Below, piece by piece: positions 7,541-17,017 of a stretch of DNA of 32,000 nucleotides. The notes beneath the pieces were generated by a model, which saw only the letters and a program-made list of their open reading frames with translations, was not told the origin of the DNA and did no database searches. The position numbers and the translations under genes are program-made. Positions within the stretch are counted from its first letter, which is position 1, and every line of letters starts with the position of its first letter. Where the stretch lies: positions 150,001-182,000 of the forward strand of contig NZ_WUUQ01000002.1 in assembly GCF_009831105.1 (NCBI RefSeq), read 5' to 3'. Source of the stretch: Copranaerobaculum intestinale (lineage in GTDB: Bacteria; Bacillota_I; Bacilli_A; Erysipelotrichales; Erysipelotrichaceae).

Positions 7541-9193
7541 TCACTGCTGATACCGATCGTACAGCTCCTGCACATCTGCTTTTGAGGGATCGATATAGAT
7601 CGTTTTATAGCTTTGCATCGTAACCAATCCCAGCTTAGAGCCGGGGATTTTTTTTAGTTGCCGGATGTTACAGTAATTTACCGGGACACTGGATGATTCA
7701 CGCCCCTTGGAATACCAGGCTGCGAGCATGGCACCGCCTCTCAGCAGCTGTTCGCTGATGTTGTCGCTGCGGATGATGACATGGGCGCCGTGGAAATCTT
7801 TTGTATGCATCCATAAATCATTTTTTCGAGCGAAATGCCAAGTCAAATAATCATTTTGAATATTGTTTTTTCCGACATAGACCATGCCGTCAGGAAATGC
7901 AAAGGTTTCAAAATGGGGGAGTTCCTGTTTCTTCTTTCTGCGAATCCGACTCTGTACGTTTCGCATATAGCCCAGCTTAACCAGCTCAGTACGAATTTCT
8001 GCGGCATCCTGCATCGTTGCCTGTTCCAGCTGCATTTCGATCATTTCAAAATAGCGTGCTTCACTTTGTGCTTGGGCTATCTGTTCACTGACAATTTTCT
8101 GAGCGCGTTTTCCCTTATGATATTTATTGTAATATTTATTGGCATTCCCTTTTACATCCAGCTTAGGATCCAGCGGGATGGAGATATCTTCACCGGTTTC
8201 AAAGGACGGCAGCACCGCATGATCGCATTTTTGGGGAAACTGATACTGATAGGCAAATAATAAATCTCCGTATTCTCGATAACGATCACAGTTCATCGCT
8301 TCATCGAGAGTGGCCTGCAGCTTTGGCAGCTTGCTTTGATTCTTATGCAGTTCACGCCGTACAGTACGGATCAGATCACCGGTCTGCTGCTTGATCCGAA
8401 CCCTCTCTTCTTTTTCATAATAAACGATATCGATGCCGTGCATCAGCTCATAGACAGCGGCCGGCACTTCCAAATGTTTTAGCGGAATACCGTGATAATA
8501 AGTCTGATGATCCTTTTCACTGATATAAATTTGACTTGACTGCTTCAATTCATCCATGACGTCATCAAAAGCTTCTCCATGGGCGATGCGGTATTGCATC
8601 TCATCGGCAAAGAGCGGCGAGAAGCCGTGAAATTGTTTGGTGAACGGCATTTCATAGTCGATTTGCTCATGATGATAGGGATCTTGTTTTCCTGTATGTG
8701 CCTGCGGCATAACGAACTGTGCCTGCGGCAGAATCAGCCGTTTACTATTCTCATATGGAGGGATGCGCTTTAACGCATCAATGATCTTATTTTCTTCATC
8801 GACCAAAATAACATTGGCATATTTGCCCATTAATTCGATATACATATGCAGTTTATGAATATCGCCCAATTCATTGCGTACTTCAATGATGGTATCGAGG
8901 ATACGGTCTAATCCAATCTGTTCCATGGATAGTATGATGCCGCCGTCGAGATGCTTACGCAGTACCATATTGAAGTTGCCCGGCACCTCTAAGGTCACAT
9001 AGCTTTTGGTTGTCAGGTTAATGCGGTTATAGACGCTGTGAGCCGAAATCAATAATCGGTGGTTATGATTTTGGGAGCGCAGGGTCAAAAGAATTTCCGT
9101 ATCAGATATCTGCTGTATTTTCGTAATTTTTGCGGGCAGCAGCGTTTTGATTGATTTTTGCAGCTGCCGAAGCAGCAGTCCATCCAGTGCCAT
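7541..9193 (-). CDS. rqcH: Ribosome quality control protein RqcH (NFACT / FbpA family)
   Basis: 550 aa. The N-terminus MALDGLLLRQL...L...KI.KI.Q matches the NFACT-N start. The C-terminal DLWMHTKDFHGAHVIIR matches the NFACT-R region. Confidence 0.85.
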   Translation of the reverse strand: MALDGLLLRQLQKSIKTLLPAKITKIQQISDTEILLTLRSQNHNHRLLISAHSVYNRINLTTKSYVTLEVPGNFNMVLRKHLDGGIILSMEQIGLDRILDTIIEVRNELGDIHKLHMYIELMGKYANVILVDEENKIIDALKRIPPYENSKRLILPQAQFVMPQAHTGKQDPYHHEQIDYEMPFTKQFHGFSPLFADEMQYRIAHGEAFDDVMDELKQSSQIYISEKDHQTYYHGIPLKHLEVPAAVYELMHGIDIVYYEKEERVRIKQQTGDLIRTVRRELHKNQSKLPKLQATLDEAMNCDRYREYGDLLFAYQYQFPQKCDHAVLPSFETGEDISIPLDPKLDVKGNANKYYNKYHKGKRAQKIVSEQIAQAQSEARYFEMIEMQLEQATMQDAAEIRTELVKLGYMRNVQSRIRRKKKQELPHFETFAFPDGMVYVGKNNIQNDYLTWHFARKNDLWMHTKDFHGAHVIIRSDNISEQLLRGGAMLAAWYSKGRESSSVPVNYCNIRQLKKIPGSKLGLVTMQSYKTIYIDPSKADVQELYDRYQQ

Positions 9194-9222
9194 GAAGCCA
9201 TCATCCTCTCATTTGCTGTACC

Positions 9223-9231
9223 ATTATAACA
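9223..9231 (-). promoter_or_regulatory. Candidate extended -10 (TGtTATAAT) for rqcH
   Basis: The minus strand reads TGTTATAAT about 30 nt upstream of the rqcH ATG. I see no good -35. Confidence 0.4.
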
Positions 9232-9269
9232 TACTTCTCAGAAATTCCGGCAGATTCGACAAATGTTGT

Positions 9270-9298
9270 TTGACATCCTATCGGGGCACGAGTAAAAT
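9270..9298 (+). promoter_or_regulatory. Sigma-A promoter of gmk
   Basis: TTGACA (9270-9275), a 17-nt spacer, then TAAAAT (9293-9298). It lies 30 nt upstream of the gmk ATG. Confidence 0.65.
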
Positions 9299-9327
9299 GG
9301 TTACACAAGGATAAGCGAGGATATGAT

Positions 9328-9894
9328 ATGAAGAGAGGATTGTTGATCATCATCAGCGGACCAAGCGGTGTCGGAAAGGGAACGATACGCTCGTATTTCA
9401 TGCAGGATGAGTCACTTTGCCTGGCGTATTCCACATCAATGACGACCAGGAAGCCTCGGGTTGGTGAAGTAGATGGGAAGGATTACTTTTTTACGACCCG
9501 AGATCAGTTTGAGAAAGCGATGGAAGCTGGTGAGCTTCTGGAGTGGGCCGAATTTGTGGGCAACTATTATGGTACACCGTTAAGGGAAGTAGAGCGTTTG
9601 CGTAATGAGGGGAAAAATGTTCTGCTGGAAATAGAAGTGCAAGGGGCAACCCAGGTAAGGGAGAAATGTCCGGATGCTTTATCGATCTTTATCGTTCCGC
9701 CGAATATGGAAGAGTTGGAAAAACGGATTCGCGGCCGCCGCAGTGAACCGGAGGAAATTGTTCAGCAGCGTTTAGCGAAAGCAGCTGGTGAAATGAAAAT
9801 GGCAAAAGATTATAAATACGTTATTTGTAATGATGATCCGCAGCTGGCTGCGGATATGATCAAGCTGATTATAAAGAAACATATGCATGCTTAA
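9328..9894 (+). CDS. gmk: Guanylate kinase
   Basis: P-loop ISGPSGVGKGT, then TTR.PR.GE.DG.DY.F. Length is 188 aa. Confidence 0.92.
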   Translation: MKRGLLIIISGPSGVGKGTIRSYFMQDESLCLAYSTSMTTRKPRVGEVDGKDYFFTTRDQFEKAMEAGELLEWAEFVGNYYGTPLREVERLRNEGKNVLLEIEVQGATQVREKCPDALSIFIVPPNMEELEKRIRGRRSEPEEIVQQRLAKAAGEMKMAKDYKYVICNDDPQLAADMIKLIIKKHMHA

Positions 9895-9895
9895 G

Positions 9896-9915
9896 CCGTC
9901 CCTGACGGTTTTTTT
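9896..9915 (+). terminator. Weak candidate terminator or attenuator after gmk
   Basis: CCGTC-cct-GACGG followed by a 7-T run. The stem is only 5 bp. Confidence 0.35.
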
Positions 9916-9963
9916 ATTTCCTTCTAGGCTTTGCTCAGTTATAATAAGATTTAGAAACGGAGG

Positions 9964-12135
9964 ATGGACATGAAGCTGGTACATGTTTATATCGAACACG
10001 CTGCAATGCAGCTGAACCGCACCTTTGCATACGACGGCGGTAATTTTAATGTGCAGCGCGGAATGCGTGCCGTAGTACCTTTTCATCATCGTGAGCTGAT
10101 CGGTTTTATTGATAAGGTGGAAGAAATTGATGATCGAGATGCGGCCGGTTTTCCTTATGAATTAAAAAAGATCGTTGATGTCATTGATGATCGCCCGCTG
10201 ATTTGTGATGAGCTTTTTGAGCTTGCCTCCTGGATGAGTCATTATTATATTGCACCGATGATCAGCTGTTTTCAGGTAATGCTGCCAGCCAAGCTGAAGC
10301 CCCGCACAACTCGTCATACAATAAAAACCGAGGTATGGGTACGTTATGTTAAATCGGCGGAATGCTTAACGGTGAAGCAAAAAGCGGCCTTACAGAAACT
10401 GCGGGAATCCCAGGAAATGCTGCGCAGTGATTTCTATGCAAAGTATAAAAGTGTAGGAAAAAAGCTGTTGGAGAAGGGGTGTGCAGAAGCCTTCTTTAAG
10501 GAAGCCTCAGCCCATAGACAGATACGTCCGGGTACTGCTTCTCCATTCACGCTGAGTGAGGAACAGCAAAATGCAATAGCTTGCATTCAAGGCTGGAAGA
10601 AACATCATGTTCATCTGCTGCACGGCGCTACCGGCAGTGGAAAGACAGAGGTTTTTCTGCGGCTCGCACAGGATGTGATCGAACAGGGGAAGCAGGTGCT
10701 GATACTGGTGCCGGAAATATCATTGACGCCGCAAATGGTGAAACGGGTGGAAGACCGATTTGGATCACAGGTTGCGATTTATCACAGCGCGCTGAATAAT
10801 CAGGAAAAATATGAACAATTTCAGCTGGTATATAAAAAACAGGTAAAAATTGTTGTCGGAACACGCAGCGCGGTATTTATGCCGTTTCATGATCTTGGTC
10901 TGATTGTGATGGATGAAGAACATGATGCAAGCTATAAACAGGAAAACGCTCCGCGTTATCACTGCCGGGATGTCGCAATCTGGCGCGGTCAGTATCACCG
11001 CTGTCCGGTTGTTTTGGCCAGCGCGACACCTTCATTAGAATCCTATGCTCGTGCTTATAAAGGAAAGTATCAGCTGGTAGAGATGCCGGGCCGCATCAAT
11101 CAGCAGTTTCCCCAGGTTCAGCTGGTGGCAATGCGCAATGCGGTGCGCCGCGGCGATGACTATTTGCTTTCTCAGGAACTGCTGAATGCGATAAAAGCGC
11201 GAATCAAACGGCAGGAACAGATTATTCTGCTCTTGAATCGAAGAGGCTACACACCGATCCTGCGCTGTGTATCCTGCGGCCATGTGCAGATGTGTCCGCA
11301 CTGTGATATTGCCATGTCTTATCATAAGGAAGAACAGCTTCTGAAATGTCATACATGCGGTCATCAGGAGCCGATGCCGTATGCATGTCCTGCATGTGGC
11401 GCACACACCTGGCGCTATTTGGGCGCCGGGACGCAGAAGCTGGAAGAACTTCTTCATCAACAGCTGCCTGAAGCAAAACTGATTCGAATGGATGCGGATA
11501 CCACGTCCCGTAAATATGCACACCAACAGCTGCTTCAGCGTTTTGAACAGCACGAAGCGGATATTTTGCTGGGTACCCAAATGATTGCCAAGGGACTGGA
11601 TTTTGCGAATGTGACGCTCGTCGGTATTTTAAACGGTGATGCCTTGCTGAATCGTACCGATTATCGCTGTGTGGAAATGACCTTTGATCTTTTGGAACAA
11701 GCCTGTGGCCGCAGCGGCCGCGGTGATAAAAAGGGAGAGGTGATCATTCAAGCGTATGATCCCGCACATTATGCAATACAGCTTGCTGCAGCTCATCAAT
11801 ACCGCCGCTTCTTTAAAGAAGAAATGAAATACCGGCATATTGCCAAATATCCGCCGTATGCTTATTTAGGAAGTTTGGTGTTTATCCACCGCGATCAGAA
11901 GATTGCGGGAAAGGATGCGCATAATGCCGCCAAGCGATTGTACGGGAAAGCGGATCGAATATTAGGCCCCAGTGAATTAACCAAGGTAAAGGATGAATAT
12001 CGCTACCGTATCATTTTGAAAGGAAAGGATCGTGAGGCTTTGGTGGAGCTGTTAATGGAAACTTATCAATATCATCGCTCTCAAAAACTGCACAGCCGGC
12101 TGGAATTAGATATTGATCCGTTGGTGCTGGATTGA
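9964..12135 (+). CDS. priA: Primosomal protein N' (replication restart helicase PriA)
   Basis: Walker A GATGSGKTEV, DEEHD, and the Cys-rich zinc region CVSCGHVQMCPHCD...CHTCGH...CPACG. GGAGG spacing suggests the true start may be the ATG at 9970. Confidence 0.92.
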   Translation: MDMKLVHVYIEHAAMQLNRTFAYDGGNFNVQRGMRAVVPFHHRELIGFIDKVEEIDDRDAAGFPYELKKIVDVIDDRPLICDELFELASWMSHYYIAPMISCFQVMLPAKLKPRTTRHTIKTEVWVRYVKSAECLTVKQKAALQKLRESQEMLRSDFYAKYKSVGKKLLEKGCAEAFFKEASAHRQIRPGTASPFTLSEEQQNAIACIQGWKKHHVHLLHGATGSGKTEVFLRLAQDVIEQGKQVLILVPEISLTPQMVKRVEDRFGSQVAIYHSALNNQEKYEQFQLVYKKQVKIVVGTRSAVFMPFHDLGLIVMDEEHDASYKQENAPRYHCRDVAIWRGQYHRCPVVLASATPSLESYARAYKGKYQLVEMPGRINQQFPQVQLVAMRNAVRRGDDYLLSQELLNAIKARIKRQEQIILLLNRRGYTPILRCVSCGHVQMCPHCDIAMSYHKEEQLLKCHTCGHQEPMPYACPACGAHTWRYLGAGTQKLEELLHQQLPEAKLIRMDADTTSRKYAHQQLLQRFEQHEADILLGTQMIAKGLDFANVTLVGILNGDALLNRTDYRCVEMTFDLLEQACGRSGRGDKKGEVIIQAYDPAHYAIQLAAAHQYRRFFKEEMKYRHIAKYPPYAYLGSLVFIHRDQKIAGKDAHNAAKRLYGKADRILGPSELTKVKDEYRYRIILKGKDREALVELLMETYQYHRSQKLHSRLELDIDPLVLD

Positions 12136-12905
12136 TGCGCCGTTGTCTGATCGTCTATGCCATATTGATTGTACTACTAGGGATTGGAGCCCGCTATGAT
12201 CTCTCACTGAATCAATACTTCTATCATCCTCAATCAAGCTTTGGCTGGTTTATGGAGCATATTTATATCTTATTTATGATTGGAATTCTGCCCGTTACCT
12301 TTATCATGCTGATGAGTGTAAGAACACATATCGGTACGGTAGTACTGGGGTTTGTATCCTGTCTGTATATGGCTCATGAAATTACATCCTATTTATTAGC
12401 GAGCCATCATAGCTATCAGCTGCTGGGACTGTCCGTCATTTTATTTGTGGGATTAACTCTGCTTATGCAGTTGATCCCCAAAGCAACACGCAAAGCAATG
12501 CTGCCGTTTCTTTTATTCGTATGTCTGGTGCTGATCAGTGCTTCCCTGCTTGTTGAGCTATTAAAAAACTTGTGGGGAAGAGTGCGGTTTCGCAGTTTCC
12601 ACGGTCCGCAGCGTTTCACTCCATGGTATCTGCCGCAGGGCGTCAATGGTAATAAATCATTTCCCAGCGGTCATACGACAGCGGCCAGTATAACCCTGTG
12701 TCTGTTCGCACTTCCCTTGTTTACAAAGAAGCGCTTATCATCATGGCAGACCATGCTTGCCGTGTTATCGCCGATCATGATGGCATTATCCCGAATGATC
12801 ATGGGAGCTCATTACCTAAGCGATACCGTTTTCGCTATTCTTATCGTTTATACAATGCTTGAGGGAGCGATTCTCTATATGAAAAAATCAAAAGAAACCG
12901 GATAG
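12135..12905 (+). CDS. PAP2-family membrane phosphatase
   Basis: PAP2 motifs KNLWGRVR, PSGHT and SRMIMGAHYLSD, plus about 6 TM helices. The ATG overlaps the priA stop (TGATG). The ORF track lists a TTG at 12132. Confidence 0.75.
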   Translation: MRRCLIVYAILIVLLGIGARYDLSLNQYFYHPQSSFGWFMEHIYILFMIGILPVTFIMLMSVRTHIGTVVLGFVSCLYMAHEITSYLLASHHSYQLLGLSVILFVGLTLLMQLIPKATRKAMLPFLLFVCLVLISASLLVELLKNLWGRVRFRSFHGPQRFTPWYLPQGVNGNKSFPSGHTTAASITLCLFALPLFTKKRLSSWQTMLAVLSPIMMALSRMIMGAHYLSDTVFAILIVYTMLEGAILYMKKSKETG

Positions 12906-12919
12906 CGATTCGGTTTTTT
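12895..12919 (+). terminator. Candidate terminator after the PAP2 gene
   Basis: AAACCG (12895-12900) pairs with CGGTTT (12911-12916), followed by a T-run. The stem is short and spans the stop codon. Confidence 0.45.
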
Positions 12920-12977
12920 ATTTTATTTCCATAAATTCGTGCATTTATTATTTCTCAGTTGAATAAGTGATTTACGA

Positions 12978-13006
12978 TTGACGGAGAAGGTAATACAGCT
13001 TATAAT
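12978..13006 (+). promoter_or_regulatory. Sigma-A promoter of the PadR operon
   Basis: TTGACG (12978-12983), an exact 17-nt spacer, then TATAAT (13001-13006). Confidence 0.7.
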
Positions 13007-13034
13007 ATCGATATACGATATCATGTTACGATAT
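13005..13034. promoter_or_regulatory. Cluster of ATATCG/CGATAT half-sites (candidate PadR operator)
   Basis: A perfect 10-bp palindrome ATATCGATAT lies at 13005-13014. Further CGATAT copies lie at 13016-13021 and 13029-13034. AATATCG (13004-13010) and CGATATT (13029-13035) form a 7-bp inverted repeat. The cluster overlaps the -10 and the predicted transcription start. Confidence 0.5.
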
Positions 13035-13047
13035 TGGAGGTGAAAGA

Positions 13048-13359
13048 ATGGCTAAACGTACGATGGAAACATTGACAGAATCGATGTTATATGTGCTGAT
13101 GGCTTTTCATACCGGAGCTTGCTGCGGGACTGATATAGCAGAATTTGCGGAAAGAAAAACACATGGTCGGGTGAAGATCGGTCCGGGTACGCTGTATACG
13201 ATTCTTTCTAAATTTGTGGAAGAAGCCTTGATCTTGGAAATTTCTGTTGACGGACGCAAACGCACCTATCAGATTACGGAAAAGGGCCGTGTTGTTTTTC
13301 AAGAAGAATTAGACCGTCTGCGTAAATGTGTAGAGGACGGAGAAAGTGTGCTGCTATGA
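13048..13359 (+). CDS. PadR-family transcriptional regulator
   Basis: 103 aa winged-helix protein: LYVLMAF...G.DI........G...IGPGTLYT.L..........E......RK.Y.IT.KG, followed by a C-terminal coiled helix. Confidence 0.8.
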   Translation: MAKRTMETLTESMLYVLMAFHTGACCGTDIAEFAERKTHGRVKIGPGTLYTILSKFVEEALILEISVDGRKRTYQITEKGRVVFQEELDRLRKCVEDGESVLL

Positions 13360-14552
13360 ATTATAAATATCGTTTTATGAATATCCACCTATTTGAACGG
13401 AAAGCCTTGGAAGATTATTTTTCGCACATGGCGGCAAACGGATGGCAGGTCGATCGCCTGCGTTATGGATACGTACGGTTTCACAAAGAAAAACCGCAGC
13501 AGCGCTATTATCATATCGGATTTCATGATAAGATCGGATATTTATCCCTTCCTTATGCAGAAGGGGAAAACAGTGATTATACCGGCTTTATGGAATCTTT
13601 TGGATATACGTATGTCAGTAGTATCGGCGTAGCTCAGTTATTTGTCAGCAGTGAAGATCAACCGTTTTTCAGTGAACCGGAAATTGATGAAGCGGCGTTT
13701 CGTAAAGCGGTCTTTAAGGATGAATTTTCTAAAAGTATTCTGCCGTTTATTTTGATGTTGCTGCTCTTTATCATGACGGAGTTTCCGTTTTATTTAGATT
13801 CTTTAGCTTCCAATGCGACATTGCTTTTAAACGGCATGGAATTCCTGTTAATGGTTTATTTTTTTGGTCAAATGATTCCCTATCTGCGCTATTTACAAAA
13901 TCATAAGGAATGTACAAACCGTGCGATCACTGCGCGTTTTCGTGCTTACCATATCATATTTCCCTGTGTGTTTTTGACGGTATTATTATTTTTCTTTTTG
14001 CCGACATCCCTCTTTGTGCCGGCGATTTTGGTAATTGCATTGTTAATGACAATGCGTTTGGGTCTGCGTTTTGTAACCAATCATACGGTGCATAAAAAAC
14101 TATGGCAGGCGCTTGTCATAGCCGGATATGCAGTCGCCTATCTGGTGATTTTGAATATCGGTCATGATTCTGATCCAACCCCGCTCAGGATCAAGGATGA
14201 TAAACCGTTCATGACCGCAGCTGATTTTAAGCAGCCGGTAAAAACCGCCGATTTTGAGAGTCAGCAATCCATCCTTTTAAAGGTGCAGTACTATACGGAT
14301 GAAAAGATGTCCTATCGCTACTTGAAGGTTGCTGATACACCCTTGAGCGGGTTGATCGAAAAACGGATTTTAAGTGATTATCAGCTGTCCTTAGCAGCGT
14401 ATGAACAACGTGGAAGTGTACGCGTCTACCATGTTCCGGGTGAATACGGTGATCAAGTTGAGGTAAATATTTTGGTGAAACAACGAAATTATTTACTGAT
14501 ATACGGTAAGCTGAAGGACGCATATTTGACCTTCTTTGAGAATCATGTATAA
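13356..14552 (+). CDS. DUF2812-like membrane protein (typical PadR partner)
   Basis: The ATG at 13356 overlaps the PadR stop (ATGA). The N-terminal soluble region FERKALEDYFSHMAANGWQVD is followed by about 5 TM helices. The ORF track start at 13326 is probably an upstream extension. Confidence 0.55.
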   Translation: MNYKYRFMNIHLFERKALEDYFSHMAANGWQVDRLRYGYVRFHKEKPQQRYYHIGFHDKIGYLSLPYAEGENSDYTGFMESFGYTYVSSIGVAQLFVSSEDQPFFSEPEIDEAAFRKAVFKDEFSKSILPFILMLLLFIMTEFPFYLDSLASNATLLLNGMEFLLMVYFFGQMIPYLRYLQNHKECTNRAITARFRAYHIIFPCVFLTVLLFFFLPTSLFVPAILVIALLMTMRLGLRFVTNHTVHKKLWQALVIAGYAVAYLVILNIGHDSDPTPLRIKDDKPFMTAADFKQPVKTADFESQQSILLKVQYYTDEKMSYRYLKVADTPLSGLIEKRILSDYQLSLAAYEQRGSVRVYHVPGEYGDQVEVNILVKQRNYLLIYGKLKDAYLTFFENHV

Positions 14553-14582
14553 TCGTCATAGTGAGAATACGGAGGCGTTTGA

Positions 14583-15830
14583 ATGAGTGAGCGTAAAAAA
14601 GCATGGGAGTGCCTGATTCAGATCATAAAGGATGGAAGGTACAGCAATTTGGTGCTGCGGCATGAGTTAGATAACATGAATATGGGCAATAAAGCACTGA
14701 TTACCCAGATCGTGTATGGAACTCTGCAGAATTACCGGCTGGTGCGTTATCAGTGGGAAGCGGATGTAAAGCATTTGCCGATCGAGGAAATTGCGATCCT
14801 ATTGGATATGAGCGTCTATCAGCTGCTGTATATGAAGCAAGCGGATTATGCGGTTCTTGATGAAGCCGTGCAGCTATCCAAGCAGATCAAGGGCGCGAAA
14901 TTCAGTCCTTTGGTCAATGCGGTGCTTCGCAAGGTACAAAAACGAAGGGAGCGTCCGCTTCCTGAGGATGCATGGAAACGGCTTGGTATCGTTACTTCGC
15001 ATCCGGATTGGCTGATCTCCATGTGGAAAGCGCAATATGGGGAAGCGGCATGCAGGGCGATTTGTGAACATGATCAGAAGACTTCACCGCAGGCCGTCCG
15101 AGTCAATCGTTTAAAAATAACTGAGGATGCTTTTTTAAAACAATTTCCAAATTTTGAAAAGCATCCAAAGCTGACGCAGGTGCTGCTTGCCAAAAAAGGT
15201 GCCATGCTGGATCGGGAAGCCTTTGAAGCTGGTTTGTATTCTATACAAAACGCTTCTTCTCAGCTGATCGTTCCGTTGCTGGATCCTCAGCCGCGGGATC
15301 ATATTTTGGATATCTGCGCCGCTCCGGGAACCAAGACCTGCCAAATTGCGGAATGGATGCGGGATCAGGGTTCCATTACAGCCTGTGATCTTCATGAGCA
15401 TCGAGTTAAGCTGATTGAGGAGGGAATCCAACGTTTGGGCATCACTTGTGTAAAGACAAAGTGCTGTGATAGCACACATGCCGATACACTGTTTGAGAAA
15501 GCAGAATTTGACCGTATTCTGGTCGATGCACCATGTACCGGGTATGGTACCCTGCAAGGGAAAAGTGATATCCGCCTGCGGATGAAAAGTGAGGATATGG
15601 ATGAAATTATCACGATCCAAAAAAACATCTTGGATGCCTGCAGTAAGCTTCTAAAGGAGCGTGGTACGCTTGTCTATTCTACCTGTACCTTAAATAAAAA
15701 AGAGAATGAGAAACAGATAGAAAGCTTTCTGAAACGGCATGAGCATTATGAATTGATCGAAATGCGCACGATCTTTCCCGATGAATATGACAGTGATGGA
15801 TTTTTCATGGCTAAGCTCACAAAGCATTAA
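14583..15830 (+). CDS. rsmB: 16S rRNA (cytosine967-C5)-methyltransferase
   Basis: An N-terminal NusB-like domain, then DICAAPGTKT (SAM binding), DAPCTG and YSTCT catalytic Cys motifs. Confidence 0.88.
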   Translation: MSERKKAWECLIQIIKDGRYSNLVLRHELDNMNMGNKALITQIVYGTLQNYRLVRYQWEADVKHLPIEEIAILLDMSVYQLLYMKQADYAVLDEAVQLSKQIKGAKFSPLVNAVLRKVQKRRERPLPEDAWKRLGIVTSHPDWLISMWKAQYGEAACRAICEHDQKTSPQAVRVNRLKITEDAFLKQFPNFEKHPKLTQVLLAKKGAMLDREAFEAGLYSIQNASSQLIVPLLDPQPRDHILDICAAPGTKTCQIAEWMRDQGSITACDLHEHRVKLIEEGIQRLGITCVKTKCCDSTHADTLFEKAEFDRILVDAPCTGYGTLQGKSDIRLRMKSEDMDEIITIQKNILDACSKLLKERGTLVYSTCTLNKKENEKQIESFLKRHEHYELIEMRTIFPDEYDSDGFFMAKLTKH

Positions 15831-15839
15831 ATATGATTA

Positions 15840-15866
15840 CTGCCTGGGTTCAGGCAGCTTTTTTTA
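15840..15866 (+). terminator. Rho-independent terminator after rsmB
   Basis: CTGCCTG-ggtt-CAGGCAG followed by CTTTTTTTA. Confidence 0.7.
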
Positions 15867-15948
15867 TTTTCCCTTCGCGTCGATATTTTTCTTACTCGAT
15901 AAGTTTTTGTGTTTCGCGGTAACCTTATTAGTATCAAAGGCAGTTTTA

Positions 15949-15957
15949 TGGTAAAAT
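15949..15957 (+). promoter_or_regulatory. Candidate extended -10 (TGgTAAAAT) for rlmN
   Basis: TG at 15949-15950 and TAAAAT at 15952-15957. The -35 is weak. It lies 17 nt upstream of the rlmN ATG, which leaves a very short leader. Confidence 0.3.
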
Positions 15958-15973
15958 AAAACAAGGTGATGAA

Positions 15974-17017
15974 ATGAAAAGTCTTTACGATTTAAGCTAT
16001 CAGCAAATGCAGGAATATGCCATCAAACAGGGATGGAAAAAATATCGGGGCCATCAAATTTTTCAATGGCTGTATCGCAAGCGCGTTGACCGAATTGATG
16101 CGATGAGCGATCTGAAAAAGGAAACAAGGGAAGTGCTGGAACAGGATTTTATCATATCTCCGCTTACATTAAAGGAGCGTCAGATATCCAAGGATGGTAC
16201 CAGAAAATACTTGTTCGCCTTAGCGGACGGTTCATTAATTGAAAGTGTGCTCATGAGTTATGATTTCGGCAAGAGTGTATGTGTGACATCTCAGGTCGGA
16301 TGTAATATGAGCTGCGCCTTCTGTGCCAGCGGTTTAACAAAGAAGAACCGTAATTTGACATCCGGAGAAATGGTTGCGCAGATCATGTATGTGCAGCGTG
16401 ATCTCGATGAAAATGAAGAACGTGTTTCCCATATCGTCGTGATGGGAACCGGTGAGCCCTTTGACAATTATGACAATGTTATGAATTTCTTGAGCACGGT
16501 CAATGATGATCAGGGACTCGGTATCGGGGCCCGTCATATCACGATATCTACCTGTGGCATCGTGCCTAAGATTTATGAATTTGCACGAGCGCATACACAG
16601 TATAATCTGGCAATCTCGCTGCACGCTCCAAACGATGAGCTGCGCTCAAAATTGATGCCGGTGAATAACGCATACCCATTAAAAGACTTAATGACTGCGA
16701 TTCAATATTACACAACGGAAAGCAACCGCCGGCTCACCTTCGAGTATATTCTGTTAAAAGATGTGAATGATCAGATAGAACATGTCAAACAGCTGGCTAA
16801 GCTTGTAAAAGGGATAAATGCCTATGTCAATTTGATTCCTTATAATGCGGTGGATGAACACGGCTATCAGGGATTATCACGTAATGAGGCTATGAAGTTT
16901 TATGATGCTTTGATGAAGGAAGGGGTGCGCTGTACCATTCGTAAAGAGCATGGCGGTGATATTGATGCAGCGTGCGGACAGCTTCGGGTAAAACATTTAA
17001 AAAGGAAAGGAGAATGA
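15974..17017 (+). CDS. rlmN: 23S rRNA/tRNA (adenine-C2)-methyltransferase, radical SAM
   Basis: Radical SAM cluster motif GCNMSCAFCASG, MGTGEP, and the C-terminal DIDAACGQL catalytic Cys. Confidence 0.92.
   Translation: MKSLYDLSYQQMQEYAIKQGWKKYRGHQIFQWLYRKRVDRIDAMSDLKKETREVLEQDFIISPLTLKERQISKDGTRKYLFALADGSLIESVLMSYDFGKSVCVTSQVGCNMSCAFCASGLTKKNRNLTSGEMVAQIMYVQRDLDENEERVSHIVVMGTGEPFDNYDNVMNFLSTVNDDQGLGIGARHITISTCGIVPKIYEFARAHTQYNLAISLHAPNDELRSKLMPVNNAYPLKDLMTAIQYYTTESNRRLTFEYILLKDVNDQIEHVKQLAKLVKGINAYVNLIPYNAVDEHGYQGLSRNEAMKFYDALMKEGVRCTIRKEHGGDIDAACGQLRVKHLKRKGE

Noticed and set aside
13326-13355. The ORF-track start at 13326 for the DUF2812-like gene, and the internal +1-frame ORF at 13393-13632.
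   Set aside because: 13326 lies inside the PadR coding region, whereas the ATG at 13356 gives the classic ATGA stop/start coupling. The 79-aa ORF is an alternative frame of the same gene.
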